From assembly GCA_963798915.1 (NCBI GenBank), contig CAWCVB010000001.1:192001-256000 (forward strand): DNA of 64,000 bases. Direction: 5' to 3'. Source of the stretch: an uncultured Gemmatimonadales bacterium. Its GTDB lineage: Bacteria > Gemmatimonadota > Gemmatimonadetes > Gemmatimonadales > GWC2-71-9. Below are positions 1 to 10,536 of this stretch, piece after piece. A program made the translations under genes and the position numbers. The notes beneath the pieces are model-generated. The model worked only from the letters and a program-made list of their open reading frames with translations, did not search any database and was not told where the DNA came from. Position 1 is the first letter of the stretch. Every line of letters starts with the position of its first letter.

Positions 1-1230
1 CCATTCCCAGAACGCAAACGGCTTGGTGTGCGGGTTGTCCACCCGGAAGAGCTGCACGCCGCGCTCTACCCAGAAGAGGAACACGTCCCGCAGCGCTTCC
101 CAGAGCGCACGCCAGTCGGGAGTCTCGAAGTTGAGCGGGTAGATGTCCTGGTATTTCTTGGGCGGGTTCTCCGCATACTGGATGCTGCCATCCGGGCGGT
201 GACGAAACCATTCCGGGTGCACGGTCACCCACGGATGATCCGGCGCGCACTGAAAGGCAATATCGAGTGCGACTTCGAGGTCGAGCCGCGCGGCCGAGCG
301 GACAAAGGCGTCAAAGTCATCCAGCGTGCCGAGGTCCGGGTGCACCGCCTCATGACCGCCTTCTCTCGCGCCGATGCCCCAAGGACTGCCGGGCGCGTCA
401 GCGGGCGCCTCGGCGGTGTTGTTGGGCCCCTTCCGGTTGAGCCGGCCGATGGGGTGCACCGGCGGCAGGTACACGACATCGAACCCCATGCCCGCGACGT
501 ATGGCAGCCGGGCAGCCGCGTCCTTGAGCGTGCCGGAGCGCGCTGGGTCGGGGGAGCTGGAACGGGGAAAGAACTCATACCATGCGCCGGCCACTGCGCG
601 CTCCCGTTCCACCAGAACTCGCAGGGATATCGCAGAGGTCGCCGCATTGGAGCGGTCGGGGTAGGCGCTGGCGAGTCGCGCCAGCTTCTCGCCCAGCGCG
701 GCCTCGGCACAGGTGCGCTGCGCCTCCGCGCCCCTGACAACTCTGGCGGCCTCCGCCAGCGCGGTGGCATCCCGGCCTCGCGCGCGGGCGGCCGCTTCCT
801 CGAGCAGTGAGGCGCCCTCCAGCAGTTCGCTGCCCACGTCCAGTCCGGCATCCACTTTCTTGACGAGGCCGGCACGCCAGGAGGCAAACGCATCGATCCA
901 TCCTTCCACCGCGTATTCCCACGTGCCCAGCCGGGGCAGCGCAAACCCGGCGCGCCACCGATCATTGCCCAGCGCCTCCATGGGCACCTCATTCCATTTC
1001 CCTTCACCCTCGCGGAAGCGGAGCACCGCGGCCACGCGGTCATGTCCCTCCGTGAACACGTCGGCTTCCACCTGGATCGAGTCGCCGATCACGCGCTTGA
1101 CCGGGAAGCGGCCGCCATCCACCTGCGGGCTCACGCCTTCCACCACGACGCGGGTGGGGCGCGCCTGGGTGGACTTGCCCGCCCGGGTGCCCACCGTGCG
1201 GCGCCGGGTGGTGGAGCGTGCCTCAGCCAT
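1..1230 (-). CDS. glgE: alpha-1,4-glucan:maltose-1-phosphate maltosyltransferase GlgE, 3' part runs off the window
   Basis: The ATG at 1230 overlaps the glgX stop. Manual translation gives MAEARST...VEGVSPQVDGGRFPVKRVIGDSIQVEADVFTEGHD...GFDVVYLPPVHPIG...KKYQDIYPL, typical of GlgE. It is missing from the ORF track because it is open at the edge. Confidence 0.92.
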   Translation of the reverse strand, partial: MAEARSTTRRRTVGTRAGKSTQARPTRVVVEGVSPQVDGGRFPVKRVIGDSIQVEADVFTEGHDRVAAVLRFREGEGKWNEVPMEALGNDRWRAGFALPRLGTWEYAVEGWIDAFASWRAGLVKKVDAGLDVGSELLEGASLLEEAAARARGRDATALAEAARVVRGAEAQRTCAEAALGEKLARLASAYPDRSNAATSAISLRVLVERERAVAGAWYEFFPRSSSPDPARSGTLKDAAARLPYVAGMGFDVVYLPPVHPIGRLNRKGPNNTAEAPADAPGSPWGIGAREGGHEAVHPDLGTLDDFDAFVRSAARLDLEVALDIAFQCAPDHPWVTVHPEWFRHRPDGSIQYAENPPKKYQDIYPLNFETPDWRALWEALRDVFLFWVERGVQLFRVDNPHTKPFAFWEW

Positions 1231-3386
1231 CAGGAGCCACCCGGACGCGCGGCAGCGCGGAACACCATGACCGAGCGGCCAAGCACACGCGCACGTCCGC
1301 CTCGCCGGACAGCGCGGCGGGCCCATGCCGGGGCGCCGGTATCCAGAATCCGTTCCCAGTTGCGGCCCCCGCCGGCCGGCGGAAGGTGAAAGAGGATCGC
1401 GTCCGCACCGGCGTTGAGCAGGAGCAGGAACGTGTCATCGGTGATTCGTTCGCCATCGGCGTCCACCTCCTCGATGCTGTCGCCGCCGAGCCGCACCATC
1501 AGGGCGCGGGCAAAATCCATGTTCCAGTCCCGGTCGGTCATTTCCCTGCCGTTGGGCCCATACCACGTGAGGTCCTGGACGTCGGCGCCGCGAATGCGGC
1601 GGCCCTGGAAAAACTGGCGCCGGCGGAAGACGGGATGCGCTCGACGCAGCGCAATCACGTGACGAACGAAGGCAAGGAAGTCGCGGTCGGCCTCGTCGAG
1701 GTCCCAGTGGATCCAGCTGAGCGGATTGTCCTGGCAATAGGCGTTGTTATTGCCAAGCTGGGTCCGACCCATCTCGTCGCCGGCCACCAGCATCGGGACC
1801 CCCTGGCTGAGCAGCAAGGTGGCCACGAAGTTTCGCTTCTGCCGCTGGCGGAGCGCCTGGATGGCGGGGTCATCGGTGGGCCCCTCGACCCCACAGTTCC
1901 AGCTCATGTTGTTGTTGTCGCCGTCGCGATTCTCCTCGCCATTGGCCTCGTTGTGCTTTTCATTATATGACACTAGGTCCTGCAAGGTGAACCCATCGTG
2001 CGCCGTGACGAAGTTGATGCTGGCGTAGGGCCGCCTCCCGCTGTGGCCGTAGAGGTCGCTGCTGCCAGCGAGGCGCGTGGCAAACTGAGACACCTGGCCC
2101 CCGTCGCCGCGCCAGAAGCGGCGCACGCTGTCGCGGTATTTCCCGTTCCACTCGGTCCAGAGCACCGGAAAATTGCCCACCTGATAGCCACCCTCACCCA
2201 CGTCCCAGGGCTCGGCAATGAGCTTGACCTGCGACAGCACCGGATCCTGGTGGATGATGTCAAAGAAGGCGCTGAGCTTGTCTACCGCATACAGTTCGCG
2301 CGCCAGCGCGCTGGCGAGGTCAAAGCGGAAGCCGTCCACCCGCATCTCCAGCACCCAGTAGCGCAGGCTGTCCATGATGAGCTGCAACACCCGCGGATTG
2401 AGCATGTTGAGCGTGTTGCCGGTGCCGGTGAAATCCTCGTAGAAGCGCGGCGTCCGCGGCGAGAGGCGATAATAGGCCGAATTGTCGATGCCACGGAGCG
2501 AGAGCGCCGGGCCCAGGTGATTCCCCTCGGCGGTGTGATTGTACACCACGTCGAGAATCACCTCGATCCCTGCTGCATGAAACGCCCGCACCATGCTCTT
2601 GAACTCGCGCACCGACCCGCCCGGCTCGGGCGCGGCGGCGTAACGCAGGTCAGGCGCAAAGAAGGCCAGCGTGTTGTAGCCCCAGTAGTTGGTGAGTCCC
2701 CGCTCCACCAGGTGGCGATCGATGGCGTGATGATGGATGGGCATCAGCTCCACCGCCGTGACGCCGAGCTGACGCAGGTGCTGGAGGACCGGCTCAGAGG
2801 CGAGGCCCGCATAGGTGCCGCGAAGCGCCTCGGGCACATCGGGATGGAGCTGGGTCAGCCCCTTCACGTGAGCCTCGTAAATGAGGGTCTCATGCCAGGG
2901 TGTGCGGGGCGCATGGTCATTAGCCCACGTGAACGCGGTGTCGACCACCGCAGCCAGCGGGGCGAACGCCGCATTGTCCCGCTCATCCATCACCAGGTCG
3001 GCTCGGGGCGCGCCCACGCGGTAGCTGAACATTTCGTCCGCCCAGGTAAGCGTCCGGCCGATGGCCTTGGCATAGGGATCGAGCATCACCTTGAACGGAT
3101 TGAACCGATGTCCGGCTTCCGGGTCCCATGGCCCATGCACCCGATAGCCATAAAGCTGCCCTGGCCGGACGCCCAGAATGCGCGCATGCCAGACCATGTC
3201 GGTCTGCTCCCGCAGCGGGACGCAGACCGACTCGGCGCGGGCGCCAGGTCCGTCGAACAGGCAGAGATCCACCCTGGAGGCATGCTCGCTGAACAGCGCA
3301 AAATTGACGGCCAGGCCGTCCCAGGTGGCGCCAAGCGGATAGGGTGTGCCGGGCTGAATGCGCAGCATGACGAACGATAGTCGCAT
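1230..3386 (-). CDS. glgX: glycogen debranching enzyme / isoamylase (GH13)
   Basis: Motifs [40 protein letters not shown] and NNNAYCQDN. The start may be the nearby downstream ATG (MLRIQPG). Confidence 0.97.
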   Translation of the reverse strand: MRLSFVMLRIQPGTPYPLGATWDGLAVNFALFSEHASRVDLCLFDGPGARAESVCVPLREQTDMVWHARILGVRPGQLYGYRVHGPWDPEAGHRFNPFKVMLDPYAKAIGRTLTWADEMFSYRVGAPRADLVMDERDNAAFAPLAAVVDTAFTWANDHAPRTPWHETLIYEAHVKGLTQLHPDVPEALRGTYAGLASEPVLQHLRQLGVTAVELMPIHHHAIDRHLVERGLTNYWGYNTLAFFAPDLRYAAAPEPGGSVREFKSMVRAFHAAGIEVILDVVYNHTAEGNHLGPALSLRGIDNSAYYRLSPRTPRFYEDFTGTGNTLNMLNPRVLQLIMDSLRYWVLEMRVDGFRFDLASALARELYAVDKLSAFFDIIHQDPVLSQVKLIAEPWDVGEGGYQVGNFPVLWTEWNGKYRDSVRRFWRGDGGQVSQFATRLAGSSDLYGHSGRRPYASINFVTAHDGFTLQDLVSYNEKHNEANGEENRDGDNNNMSWNCGVEGPTDDPAIQALRQRQKRNFVATLLLSQGVPMLVAGDEMGRTQLGNNNAYCQDNPLSWIHWDLDEADRDFLAFVRHVIALRRAHPVFRRRQFFQGRRIRGADVQDLTWYGPNGREMTDRDWNMDFARALMVRLGGDSIEEVDADGERITDDTFLLLLNAGADAILFHLPPAGGGRNWERILDTGAPAWARRAVRRGGRARVLGRSVMVFRAAARPGGS

Positions 3387-3411
3387 GTGGCAGGATGGCG
3401 AGGCGGGCAGG

Positions 3412-3511
3412 TGGTCGTCGGTCGTCGGTCGTCGGTGGTCGGTCGTCGGTCGTCGGTCGTCAGTCGTCGGTCGTCGGTCGTCAGTCGTCAGTCGTCGGTA
3501 GTCGGTAGTCG
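3412..3511. repeat. degenerate heptamer tandem array (GTCGTCG/GTCGTCA)
   Basis: About 14 imperfect 7-nt units are visible directly. Confidence 0.9.
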
Positions 3512-3523
3512 GCCTGCGAGATC

Positions 3524-3613
3524 TGTCATCCTGAGCGAAGCGAAGGATCTACTCACCGGCGTCGGGACCCGGACCAGTAGATCCTTCGGCCGCTTCGCGG
3601 CCTCTGGATGACA
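3524..3613. repeat. REP-like palindromic element
   Basis: Terminal inverted repeat TGTCATCC...GGATGACA, with an inner 13-bp inverted repeat CGAAGGATCTACT (3541-3553) / AGTAGATCCTTCG (3576-3588). Confidence 0.85.
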
Positions 3614-3621
3614 CCTGCTGT

Positions 3622-3795
3622 GACATCTGCCTCAAGAAGTGTCGCCGCAGGCGACATTTGCCGAGCAGCGGCTCTCAGCCCCGTGATGACCGATTGCCCG
3701 ACATCGCCTCAGGCAGTGTCGCCGCGGGCGACATTTGCCGAGCAGCGGCTCTCAGCCGCGTGACATGTGCCGAGCAGAGGCTCTCAGCCCCGTGA
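3622..3795. repeat. about 65-bp direct repeat, 2.5 copies, with internal hairpins
   Basis: Copies lie at 3622-3686, 3700-3763 and partially at 3762-3795, sharing GACATtTGCCGAGCAGcGGCTCTCAGCCcCGTGA. The full copies contain TGTCGCC-N3-GGCGACA. Confidence 0.85.
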
Positions 3796-4338
3796 GGCCG
3801 CCGGGCCGAGCCGCGATTCGCGAGTCGCAACGGTGTCCACCTCACAACGCGCCAGCGGGGCCAGTCGAGGCTCGGCGCCTAGCCAGTAAAGGCCGTTGGC
3901 CATGATGCAGAAACCGGTGGCCGCAAACCAGACCATGGCTGTCCCCACAAAGGCGGTGAAGGCGAGCCACCAGAGACTGAAGCTGAGGGCGAGCACCGTG
4001 GCGATCGAGATGTTGATGCCCACTGCGAGATAGATGCGGCGCTCAAGGTACCACTTGTCGGTCTGCATCCGGTACCAGCGCGGGCGAACTTCGCTGGGGG
4101 CCGCCAGTTTGGGCTCGAAGCCCAGCCGGTAGAGCAGGTTGCCGACCAGGCAGAAGCCGGTGAGGGAAACGATCACTGATGCCGCGCCAGTGGCGATGAT
4201 GAGCAGCGCCCAGAGCGGGTCCACCCAGATGGCCAGGGCCGTCCCCGCAAGCAGGACAATGCCGGCGATCAGCCAGACGGTCCGCTCGATGTACCAGCGG
4301 TTGGTCGGCACCATGTAAATGCCCTTCCGGAATTTCAT
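3784..4338 (-). CDS. membrane protein with two tandem DUF2892/YgaP-like domains
   Basis: Internal duplication WYIER...SLTGFC...GFEPKL and WYLER...AATGFC...GAEPRL. A GGAGG RBS lies before the ATG at 4338. Last gene of the hyp operon. Confidence 0.75.
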   Translation of the reverse strand: MKFRKGIYMVPTNRWYIERTVWLIAGIVLLAGTALAIWVDPLWALLIIATGAASVIVSLTGFCLVGNLLYRLGFEPKLAAPSEVRPRWYRMQTDKWYLERRIYLAVGINISIATVLALSFSLWWLAFTAFVGTAMVWFAATGFCIMANGLYWLGAEPRLAPLARCEVDTVATRESRLGPAASRG

Positions 4339-4360
4339 CGCGATCATCCTCCGGGACTGG

Positions 4361-5425
4361 TCAGCAGATGCGCGGGAGCTGGTCGCCGGGCAGCATATCC
4401 ACCACCCGTGTGCCACCGATGGCCGTATGCATCACGACCATCCCCTGGTGTCCGGCAACCACCTGCCCAATATATCGCGCGTCCGCGCCCAGCGGGTCCA
4501 TCCGCAGTGCAGCCAGTGCTTCTTCCTTCCGGGCGCCCGGAACGAAGGCCACCAGCACACCCTCGTTGGCAACGTAGAGCGGGTCCAGCCCCAGCATCTC
4601 ACATGCTGCCGCCACCGGGCCAGGCACCGGGACGGCGGCTTCGTCGAGTTCGATGCCCACACCTGATGCCGCGGCGATCTCATTCAGCGCACTGGCCACG
4701 CCGCCCCGCGTCGGATCGCGAAGGACATGCAGGTCGGCGCCCAGGCATGCACCCAGCCGGCTGACCAGGGGATGGAGCAGCGCCGAATCGCTCTCGATTG
4801 CCGCCTCGAACGCCAGCCCCTCGCGCGCGGCCATGATCGCCATGCCATGCCGGCCGATGGGCCCGCTCACGAGAACCGCGTCGCCGGGTTGGGCGCGATG
4901 CGGTGCCGGGCGCACCACCGGATCCATCACGCCGAGGCCAGTGGTGCTGATGTAGATCCGGTCGGCCTTCCCCCGCTCCACCACCTTGGTGTCGCCGGTG
5001 ACCAGCGGCACGTTGGCGGCGCGCGCCGCACCGGCCATCGCAACGATGATGCGGTCGAGCAGGTCGAACTCCAGCCCTTCCTCGATGACGAAACCAGTCG
5101 CCAGCCATCGGGGCGCTGCACCCATCATCGCAAGGTCGTTGAGCGTACCGTGCACCGCCAGCGAGCCGATGTTCCCGCCGGGAAACTCCACCGGACTCAC
5201 CACAAAGGTGTCCGTGGAGAAGGCCAACTCCTCACCGGACACCGCAAGGACGGCGGCGTCGCCCAGCTGCTGCAGGATGGGATTGCTGAAATGAGGAAGG
5301 AACCGGTCGCGCAGCAGCGCCGCGCTCATCTTGCCGCCCGACCCGTGCCCCAGCTGCACCCGTCCGCCGGTGGACAGCGGCGCCGGGCACGCCAGCCCAT
5401 CCGCCAGTCGAAGTGTGCTGGTCAT
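4361..5425 (-). CDS. hypE: hydrogenase maturation carbamoyl dehydratase HypE
   Basis: Motifs HGSGG, GDTKVV, RDPTRGG and C-terminal QLPRIC. The start overlaps the hypD stop. Confidence 0.97.
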   Translation of the reverse strand: MTSTLRLADGLACPAPLSTGGRVQLGHGSGGKMSAALLRDRFLPHFSNPILQQLGDAAVLAVSGEELAFSTDTFVVSPVEFPGGNIGSLAVHGTLNDLAMMGAAPRWLATGFVIEEGLEFDLLDRIIVAMAGAARAANVPLVTGDTKVVERGKADRIYISTTGLGVMDPVVRPAPHRAQPGDAVLVSGPIGRHGMAIMAAREGLAFEAAIESDSALLHPLVSRLGACLGADLHVLRDPTRGGVASALNEIAAASGVGIELDEAAVPVPGPVAAACEMLGLDPLYVANEGVLVAFVPGARKEEALAALRMDPLGADARYIGQVVAGHQGMVVMHTAIGGTRVVDMLPGDQLPRIC

Positions 5426-6534
5426 GGTGCCACCACCGGCGTGGATTCCCGAAAGCGACCATAGTTGTAGTAGGCGGCGCAGGCGCCTTCGGTCGAGACC
5501 ATCGGTGCGCCGAGGGGCCGTTCCGGCGTGCACCGGCCGCCGAAGGCACTGCACTGATGCGGCTTGAGCTGTCCGGTGAGCACGGCGCCGGCCTGACACT
5601 CGGCTGGCTCCGCTACCGTGATCTTGCCCATTTGGAAGCGCGACTCGGCATCGTACGCGGCAAATTGCTCGCGCAGCTTGAGCCCGCTGGCCGGAATGGT
5701 GCCAATGCCGCGCCACTTTCGGTCCACCACCTCGAACACCTGGTCCACCAGCGTCCGCGCCGGCACGGTTCCATCCCGCCGCACCGCACGCACATACTGA
5801 TTCTCCACCTCGTACCGGCCCATCTCGAGCTGGCGCACGGCCATGTAGATCCCCTCGAGGATATCGAGCGGCTCGAATCCGGTCACCACGATGGGCACCT
5901 TGAATCCCGCGGCGATGGGCTCGTACTCGGTCCAGCCCATGACGCTGCAGACATGGCCCGCCGCGAGAAAAGCCTGCACCCGATTGGCGGGATCGCTGAG
6001 CAGTGCCACCATGGCCGGCGGAACGGTCACGTGCGACACCAGCATGCTGAAGTTCGTGACGCCGAGCTGGTGCGCACGCCAGACCGCCATGGCATTGGCG
6101 GGCGCGGTCGTCTCGAACCCGACGGCAAAGAATACCACCTGGCGATCGGGATTTCGGATGGCGAGCTCCACCGCATCCAGCGGCGAATACACGATACGCA
6201 CCTCCCCGCCCCGGGCACGGATCTGCTGCAGGTCGCAGTCACTGCCCGGCACGCGCAGCATGTCGCCGAAGGAGGTGAAGATCACCTCGGGCCGAGCGGC
6301 GATGGCCATGGCCTTGTCAATCTGCTCGAGCGGAGTGACACAGACCGGGCAGCCGGGCCCGTGAATCATTTCCACCATCCCGTCCAGCAGCTGATCCAGG
6401 CCCTGCCGCACGATCGTATGGGTCTGCCCGCCGCAGACCTCCATGAGCACCCAGGGGCGAGTGACGGTCGCCTTGATGAGCGACAACAGTGCCTTGGCCA
6501 TGGCCGGATCGCGATACTCGCTCAGGTATTTCAT
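5422..6534 (-). CDS. hypD: hydrogenase maturation protein HypD
   Basis: Motifs [21 protein letters not shown] and [12 protein letters not shown]. Confidence 0.98.
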   Translation of the reverse strand: MKYLSEYRDPAMAKALLSLIKATVTRPWVLMEVCGGQTHTIVRQGLDQLLDGMVEMIHGPGCPVCVTPLEQIDKAMAIAARPEVIFTSFGDMLRVPGSDCDLQQIRARGGEVRIVYSPLDAVELAIRNPDRQVVFFAVGFETTAPANAMAVWRAHQLGVTNFSMLVSHVTVPPAMVALLSDPANRVQAFLAAGHVCSVMGWTEYEPIAAGFKVPIVVTGFEPLDILEGIYMAVRQLEMGRYEVENQYVRAVRRDGTVPARTLVDQVFEVVDRKWRGIGTIPASGLKLREQFAAYDAESRFQMGKITVAEPAECQAGAVLTGQLKPHQCSAFGGRCTPERPLGAPMVSTEGACAAYYNYGRFRESTPVVAP

Positions 6535-6806
6535 GCCGGCCCCCATGCCGCGACTTCCTGCATCCACTCGAGCTCGTCCAGCTGGCTCATCTGCCGAAGC
6601 GCCTCGTAGGTGCGACGCGCCTCCTCTTCCTCCACCACCGAGATGGCAAAGCCCACGTGCACAATCACGTAATCCCCGTCCTTCACCTCATTGGCGACGT
6701 ACTCCAGGCAGACGTCACGCTTGACCCCGCCGAAATCCACCAGGCCCATGGTGATCCCGCGATCGTCGTGGATCCCGGAGATTCGGCCAGGAATGCCGAG
6801 ACACAT
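6531..6806 (-). CDS. hypC: hydrogenase chaperone HypC
   Basis: Motifs MCLGIPG and VIVHVGFAI. Confidence 0.97.
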   Translation of the reverse strand: MCLGIPGRISGIHDDRGITMGLVDFGGVKRDVCLEYVANEVKDGDYVIVHVGFAISVVEEEEARRTYEALRQMSQLDELEWMQEVAAWGPA

Positions 6807-6818
6807 GACAACCTCCTT

Positions 6819-9128
6819 CTAGGCGCGGCCGGCGCTGAGCCGGGCCGCGGCAATAGCCGCCTGGCCGTAGCTGATGGCGCCGTCGTTGGGTGGCAGGAGC
6901 CGGGGAACAAGCACGCGAAATCCGAGCGCGGTGAGACGGTGATCGAGCGATTCGAGCAGTCGCGCATTCTGGAAGCTGCCGCCGCCAAGCGCGATGGTGT
7001 CGAGGCCCTGCGCGTCGGCGAGTCGGATCGCCATGACTTCAATGGCGCGCGCCACCGAGGCATGAAAATCGGCGGCGAGATCGGCGGGATGGTCGCCCTG
7101 GAGGAGTCGGGCGCCGAGGCGCGCGAGCAACGGCACGGGGTCGATGACCAGCTCACCAGCATCCTCCATGACATGGCACCGGCGTTCGCTGGCGGGACGG
7201 CGGCTGGCCAGCGCTTCCAGTTCCATGGCCGCCTGGCCCTCGTACTGTGAGTGCTGGCGGACGCCCAGCACTGCCGCGGCAGCATCGAACAGGCGCCCCA
7301 TGGACGAGGCCATCGGCGCATTGAGACCACGCTCGATCTGGAGTCGCGCCACCGCCAGTTCGGTGGGATCGATGCCATCGAGGGCGGCAGCAAAGCATTC
7401 GTGGTACGATGGCTCGAGCGACAGATAACCCAGGGCCGCGCGCCACGGCGCGCGAGCGGCAAGATCACCGCCAGGCATCGGCGCCGACCGGAAATGCGCC
7501 AGTCGGCGATACTGGAGCAGGTCCGCCAGCAGGAATTCGGCGCCCCAGCTGGTGCCGTCGTCACCGGCACCGGTGCCGTCCATCGCCACCCCAAGCACTG
7601 GCCCCGTCACATCGTGCTCGGCCATGACCGCGGCGATATGCGCATGGTGATGCTGCACCACGATGACGTGCTCAAGCTCCAGTTCGTTGGCAATGCGCGT
7701 CGAGAGATACCCCTCATGCAGGTCGCGCACGGCGACGCGCGGTTCGATGCGGAAGAGCTGGCGGAACGTCTGGAGGCTGCTCCGGAAATGCTCGAGCGAC
7801 TCCAGGCTATCCAGGTCGCCAATGTGTTGACTCACGAATGCATGCGCGCCGGTCGCCAGCGTGAACGTGTTCTTGAGGTGCGGCCCGACGGCGACGAGCG
7901 GATGCGGCGCGGCCACCGGGAGTGGCAGCGGCATGGGCGCATAGCCGCGCGCGCGCCGCAACAGCACACGCTGCCCCGCGACGACCCGCGCCACCGAGTC
8001 GTCGTAGCGGGCTTCGATCTCGCGATCGTGGAGCAGGAAGCCATCAGCCACGTCACCAAGGCGCGTCATGGCCTCGTCGTTGCCGATGGCGATCGGCTCC
8101 TCGCTCAGGTTGCCGCTGGTCATGACCAGCGGGCGACCGGCTTCCCGCAGGAGCAGATGATGCAGCGGCGTGGCCGCGAGCATGATGCCCAGCACCGCAA
8201 GGCCCGGCGCCACCGATGGTGCAAGATCGGCATCGCCCCGTCGCGACAGCAGCACGATGGGACGCTCCGGCGAGGCGAGCAGGCGAGCTTCGACGCTGTT
8301 CACCGCTGCCAGCTGCCGCGCCTCGTCCAGCGTCCCGACCATGAGGGCGAGGGGCTTGGCGTCGCGATGCTTCCGCAGGCGCAGCCGGAGCACCGCCGAT
8401 TCGTTGGTGGCGTCGGCCGCGAGGTGAAAGCCCCCCAGCCCCCGGACCGCGATGATGCCGCCATCGAGCAGGACCGCGGCCGCGGTCGAGAGCGCCCGCT
8501 CGGCGCCGTCCAGAACCCGGCCGTCTCCGTCACGATACCAGAGTCGCGGTCCGCACTCGGGACAACTGTTGGTCTCCGAGTGATGGCGCCGATCTCCCGG
8601 CTCGCGATACTCGGCCAGGCAGGCGGTGCACTGGATGAACGGCGCCATGGTCGTGCGTTCGCGATCATACGGCATCGACCGGATCACGGTAAAGCGGGGC
8701 CCGCAGTCGGTGCAGGTGATGAAGGGGTAGCGATAGCGCCGATTGGCGGAGTCAAGCAGCTCCGTCTCGCAGGCGGCGCAGAGCGCCACATCGGGCGACA
8801 CCGGCTGCCTCCGACCCGGCTGGTCCACGCTCTCGAGAATGACAAAGCCGTCGAGGCCGGACGGCTCGCCCTGCTCGACGAGGACGGCATCGATGCGCGC
8901 CAGTGGTGGCGCTTCGTACTCGAGAGCATGCCGGAACGCTTCGAGGCCTGCCACCGGGCCCTCGGCGCAGATCACCACCTCGCCCGACGTATTGCGTACC
9001 GAGCCGGCGAGGTCATGCCTGAGCGCCAGCCGGTGCACAAACGGACGGAAGCCCACACCCTGCACCAGGCCGGTGACGCGAAGGTGCCAGGCGGCGCGGG
9101 CTTCGGGCGGGGCCAGCGTGGTCAGCAC
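6819..9128 (-). CDS. hypF: carbamoyltransferase HypF
   Basis: Acylphosphatase motif GLVQGVGFRPF, zinc fingers CTDCGPR and CPECGP, QHHHAH and PPNDGAISYGQ. The GTG start at 9128 overlaps the hypB end. Confidence 0.97.
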   Translation of the reverse strand: MLTTLAPPEARAAWHLRVTGLVQGVGFRPFVHRLALRHDLAGSVRNTSGEVVICAEGPVAGLEAFRHALEYEAPPLARIDAVLVEQGEPSGLDGFVILESVDQPGRRQPVSPDVALCAACETELLDSANRRYRYPFITCTDCGPRFTVIRSMPYDRERTTMAPFIQCTACLAEYREPGDRRHHSETNSCPECGPRLWYRDGDGRVLDGAERALSTAAAVLLDGGIIAVRGLGGFHLAADATNESAVLRLRLRKHRDAKPLALMVGTLDEARQLAAVNSVEARLLASPERPIVLLSRRGDADLAPSVAPGLAVLGIMLAATPLHHLLLREAGRPLVMTSGNLSEEPIAIGNDEAMTRLGDVADGFLLHDREIEARYDDSVARVVAGQRVLLRRARGYAPMPLPLPVAAPHPLVAVGPHLKNTFTLATGAHAFVSQHIGDLDSLESLEHFRSSLQTFRQLFRIEPRVAVRDLHEGYLSTRIANELELEHVIVVQHHHAHIAAVMAEHDVTGPVLGVAMDGTGAGDDGTSWGAEFLLADLLQYRRLAHFRSAPMPGGDLAARAPWRAALGYLSLEPSYHECFAAALDGIDPTELAVARLQIERGLNAPMASSMGRLFDAAAAVLGVRQHSQYEGQAAMELEALASRRPASERRCHVMEDAGELVIDPVPLLARLGARLLQGDHPADLAADFHASVARAIEVMAIRLADAQGLDTIALGGGSFQNARLLESLDHRLTALGFRVLVPRLLPPNDGAISYGQAAIAAARLSAGRA

Positions 9129-9793
9129 GGAACCCCGGCCTGGACCGCATTGCGCAGGAAGCGAAACCAGTCTTGCAGTCCCTCGCCGGTCCGCGCCGAC
9201 GTCTCGAAGAACTCGATATCGCGATTCACCTCGCGGGCGTAGCGCATGGCGGCCAGGATATCGAAATCGAGGTACGGGAGCAGGTCTATCTTGTTGATGA
9301 TGGCGTACCGCGCCATGCTGAAGGCCTTGGGATACTTGGCCGGCTTGTCCTCGCCCTCGGTGACCGAGAACACCACGATCTTGGCCAGCTCGCCCAGGTC
9401 CCAGCTCGCTGGACACACCAGGTTGCCCACATTCTCGAGGAAGAGCAGCCGGGTGGACGACAGGTCAATGGCCTCGAGCGCGTTCTTCACCTGGCTCGCA
9501 TCGAGGTGACAGGCGCCGTGGGTCACCACCGCCTGCACCAGGCGTGGGGTATGGCGCGCCAGCCGGTCGGCGTCATTCCGGGTCTGCACGTCGCCGGTCA
9601 CCACGGCCACGCCCAGCTCCTCGCCCAGTTCGGCCAGCGTGCGCTCCAGCAGCAGCGTCTTACCCGAGCCGGGCGATGAAATCAGGTTGAACGCCGTGAC
9701 TCCTGCTTCGGTCAGCATCTGGCGCACTTCGGCGGCGATTTCGTCGTTGCGGGCCATGACCCGCTCGCGGACTTCAATGGTCCGGACAGCCAT
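9122..9793 (-). CDS. hypB: nickel-insertion GTPase HypB
   Basis: Motifs SSPGSGKT, ACHLDA, ENVGNLVCPA, EGEDKP and NKIDL. Confidence 0.97.
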   Translation of the reverse strand: MAVRTIEVRERVMARNDEIAAEVRQMLTEAGVTAFNLISSPGSGKTLLLERTLAELGEELGVAVVTGDVQTRNDADRLARHTPRLVQAVVTHGACHLDASQVKNALEAIDLSSTRLLFLENVGNLVCPASWDLGELAKIVVFSVTEGEDKPAKYPKAFSMARYAIINKIDLLPYLDFDILAAMRYAREVNRDIEFFETSARTGEGLQDWFRFLRNAVQAGVPC

Positions 9794-10034
9794 CATCTAC
9801 CTCCACCCAGGTCAGTCGAAGATCGGGCCCGCCCACGCGCACCAGTTCGGCCGTGGTCCCGTTGAACGGCGGTGCACTGAGGAGCGCATCCAGGCAGAAG
9901 CGAAAATTCTCCACCTCCACGCCGGCATCATCGCCGATTTCGATGGCGAGCCGGGGCACGGAGACGCCACCCTCGCGCTGCAGAACGTCCTCGGCCTGCC
10001 GGCACACTTCCAGCGCCAGGCTCAGCTCATGCAC
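9774..10034 (-). CDS. hypA: HypA nickel chaperone, short form lacking the zinc finger
   Basis: N-terminal MHELSLA from a GTG start, plus IEIG and a C-terminal LRLTWVEV strand. It lies between the maturation protease and hypB and has no CxxC motif. Confidence 0.85.
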   Translation of the reverse strand: MHELSLALEVCRQAEDVLQREGGVSVPRLAIEIGDDAGVEVENFRFCLDALLSAPPFNGTTAELVRVGGPDLRLTWVEVDDGCPDH

Positions 10035-10536
10035 TGGCAAGCTCAACGTGCCGGCGACAGTGATGGCGCATGCCCCTCAACCGCGCGGCGGCCAGCTCCA
10101 CCAGGTCCGGCAGGGTCGCCTCGACTGCCGGGCTCAGCCCGTAGCCCAGCTCCACCTGTTCCGGCTGGATCCCCAGCGTCACCAGGGTCTCCGGCATGGT
10201 GCCGCGCCACTCCATGAGCGCGAGCACCTCGCGCAGGTCGATCTGGTGCGGAGAAAGCTTGTGCTGGAAATAGCGTGGCAGCGCCGCACGTTCCAGCTCG
10301 ACCAGCGAGCCGGGGCGCGCACCGACGTTGATGGCATCGAGCAGCACCACACTGCGGTGATCCTCGAGCACCGGCAGCAGGTTCATGCCCCAGGTTCCGC
10401 CATCCAGCAACTCGACTTCCCGCGACAACGCATAGCCCTGCTTCAGCCGGTGCAGCGCGGCGAGGCCCACGCCGTCATCTCCCATGAGCGGGTTGCCCAG
10501 CCCGAGGACCAGTGTCGGCAGGCGAATGTCACTCAT
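10027..10536 (-). CDS. hyaD: hydrogenase maturation endopeptidase (HyaD/HybD family)
   Basis: Motifs GLGNPLMGDDGVG, DGGT and SPHQ. Confidence 0.95.
   Translation of the reverse strand: MSDIRLPTLVLGLGNPLMGDDGVGLAALHRLKQGYALSREVELLDGGTWGMNLLPVLEDHRSVVLLDAINVGARPGSLVELERAALPRYFQHKLSPHQIDLREVLALMEWRGTMPETLVTLGIQPEQVELGYGLSPAVEATLPDLVELAAARLRGMRHHCRRHVELASA

Noticed and set aside
3622..3795. possible CRISPR mini-array
   Set aside because: Units are adjacent or separated by only about 13 nt with no unique spacers, they overlap a gene end, and there are no cas genes.
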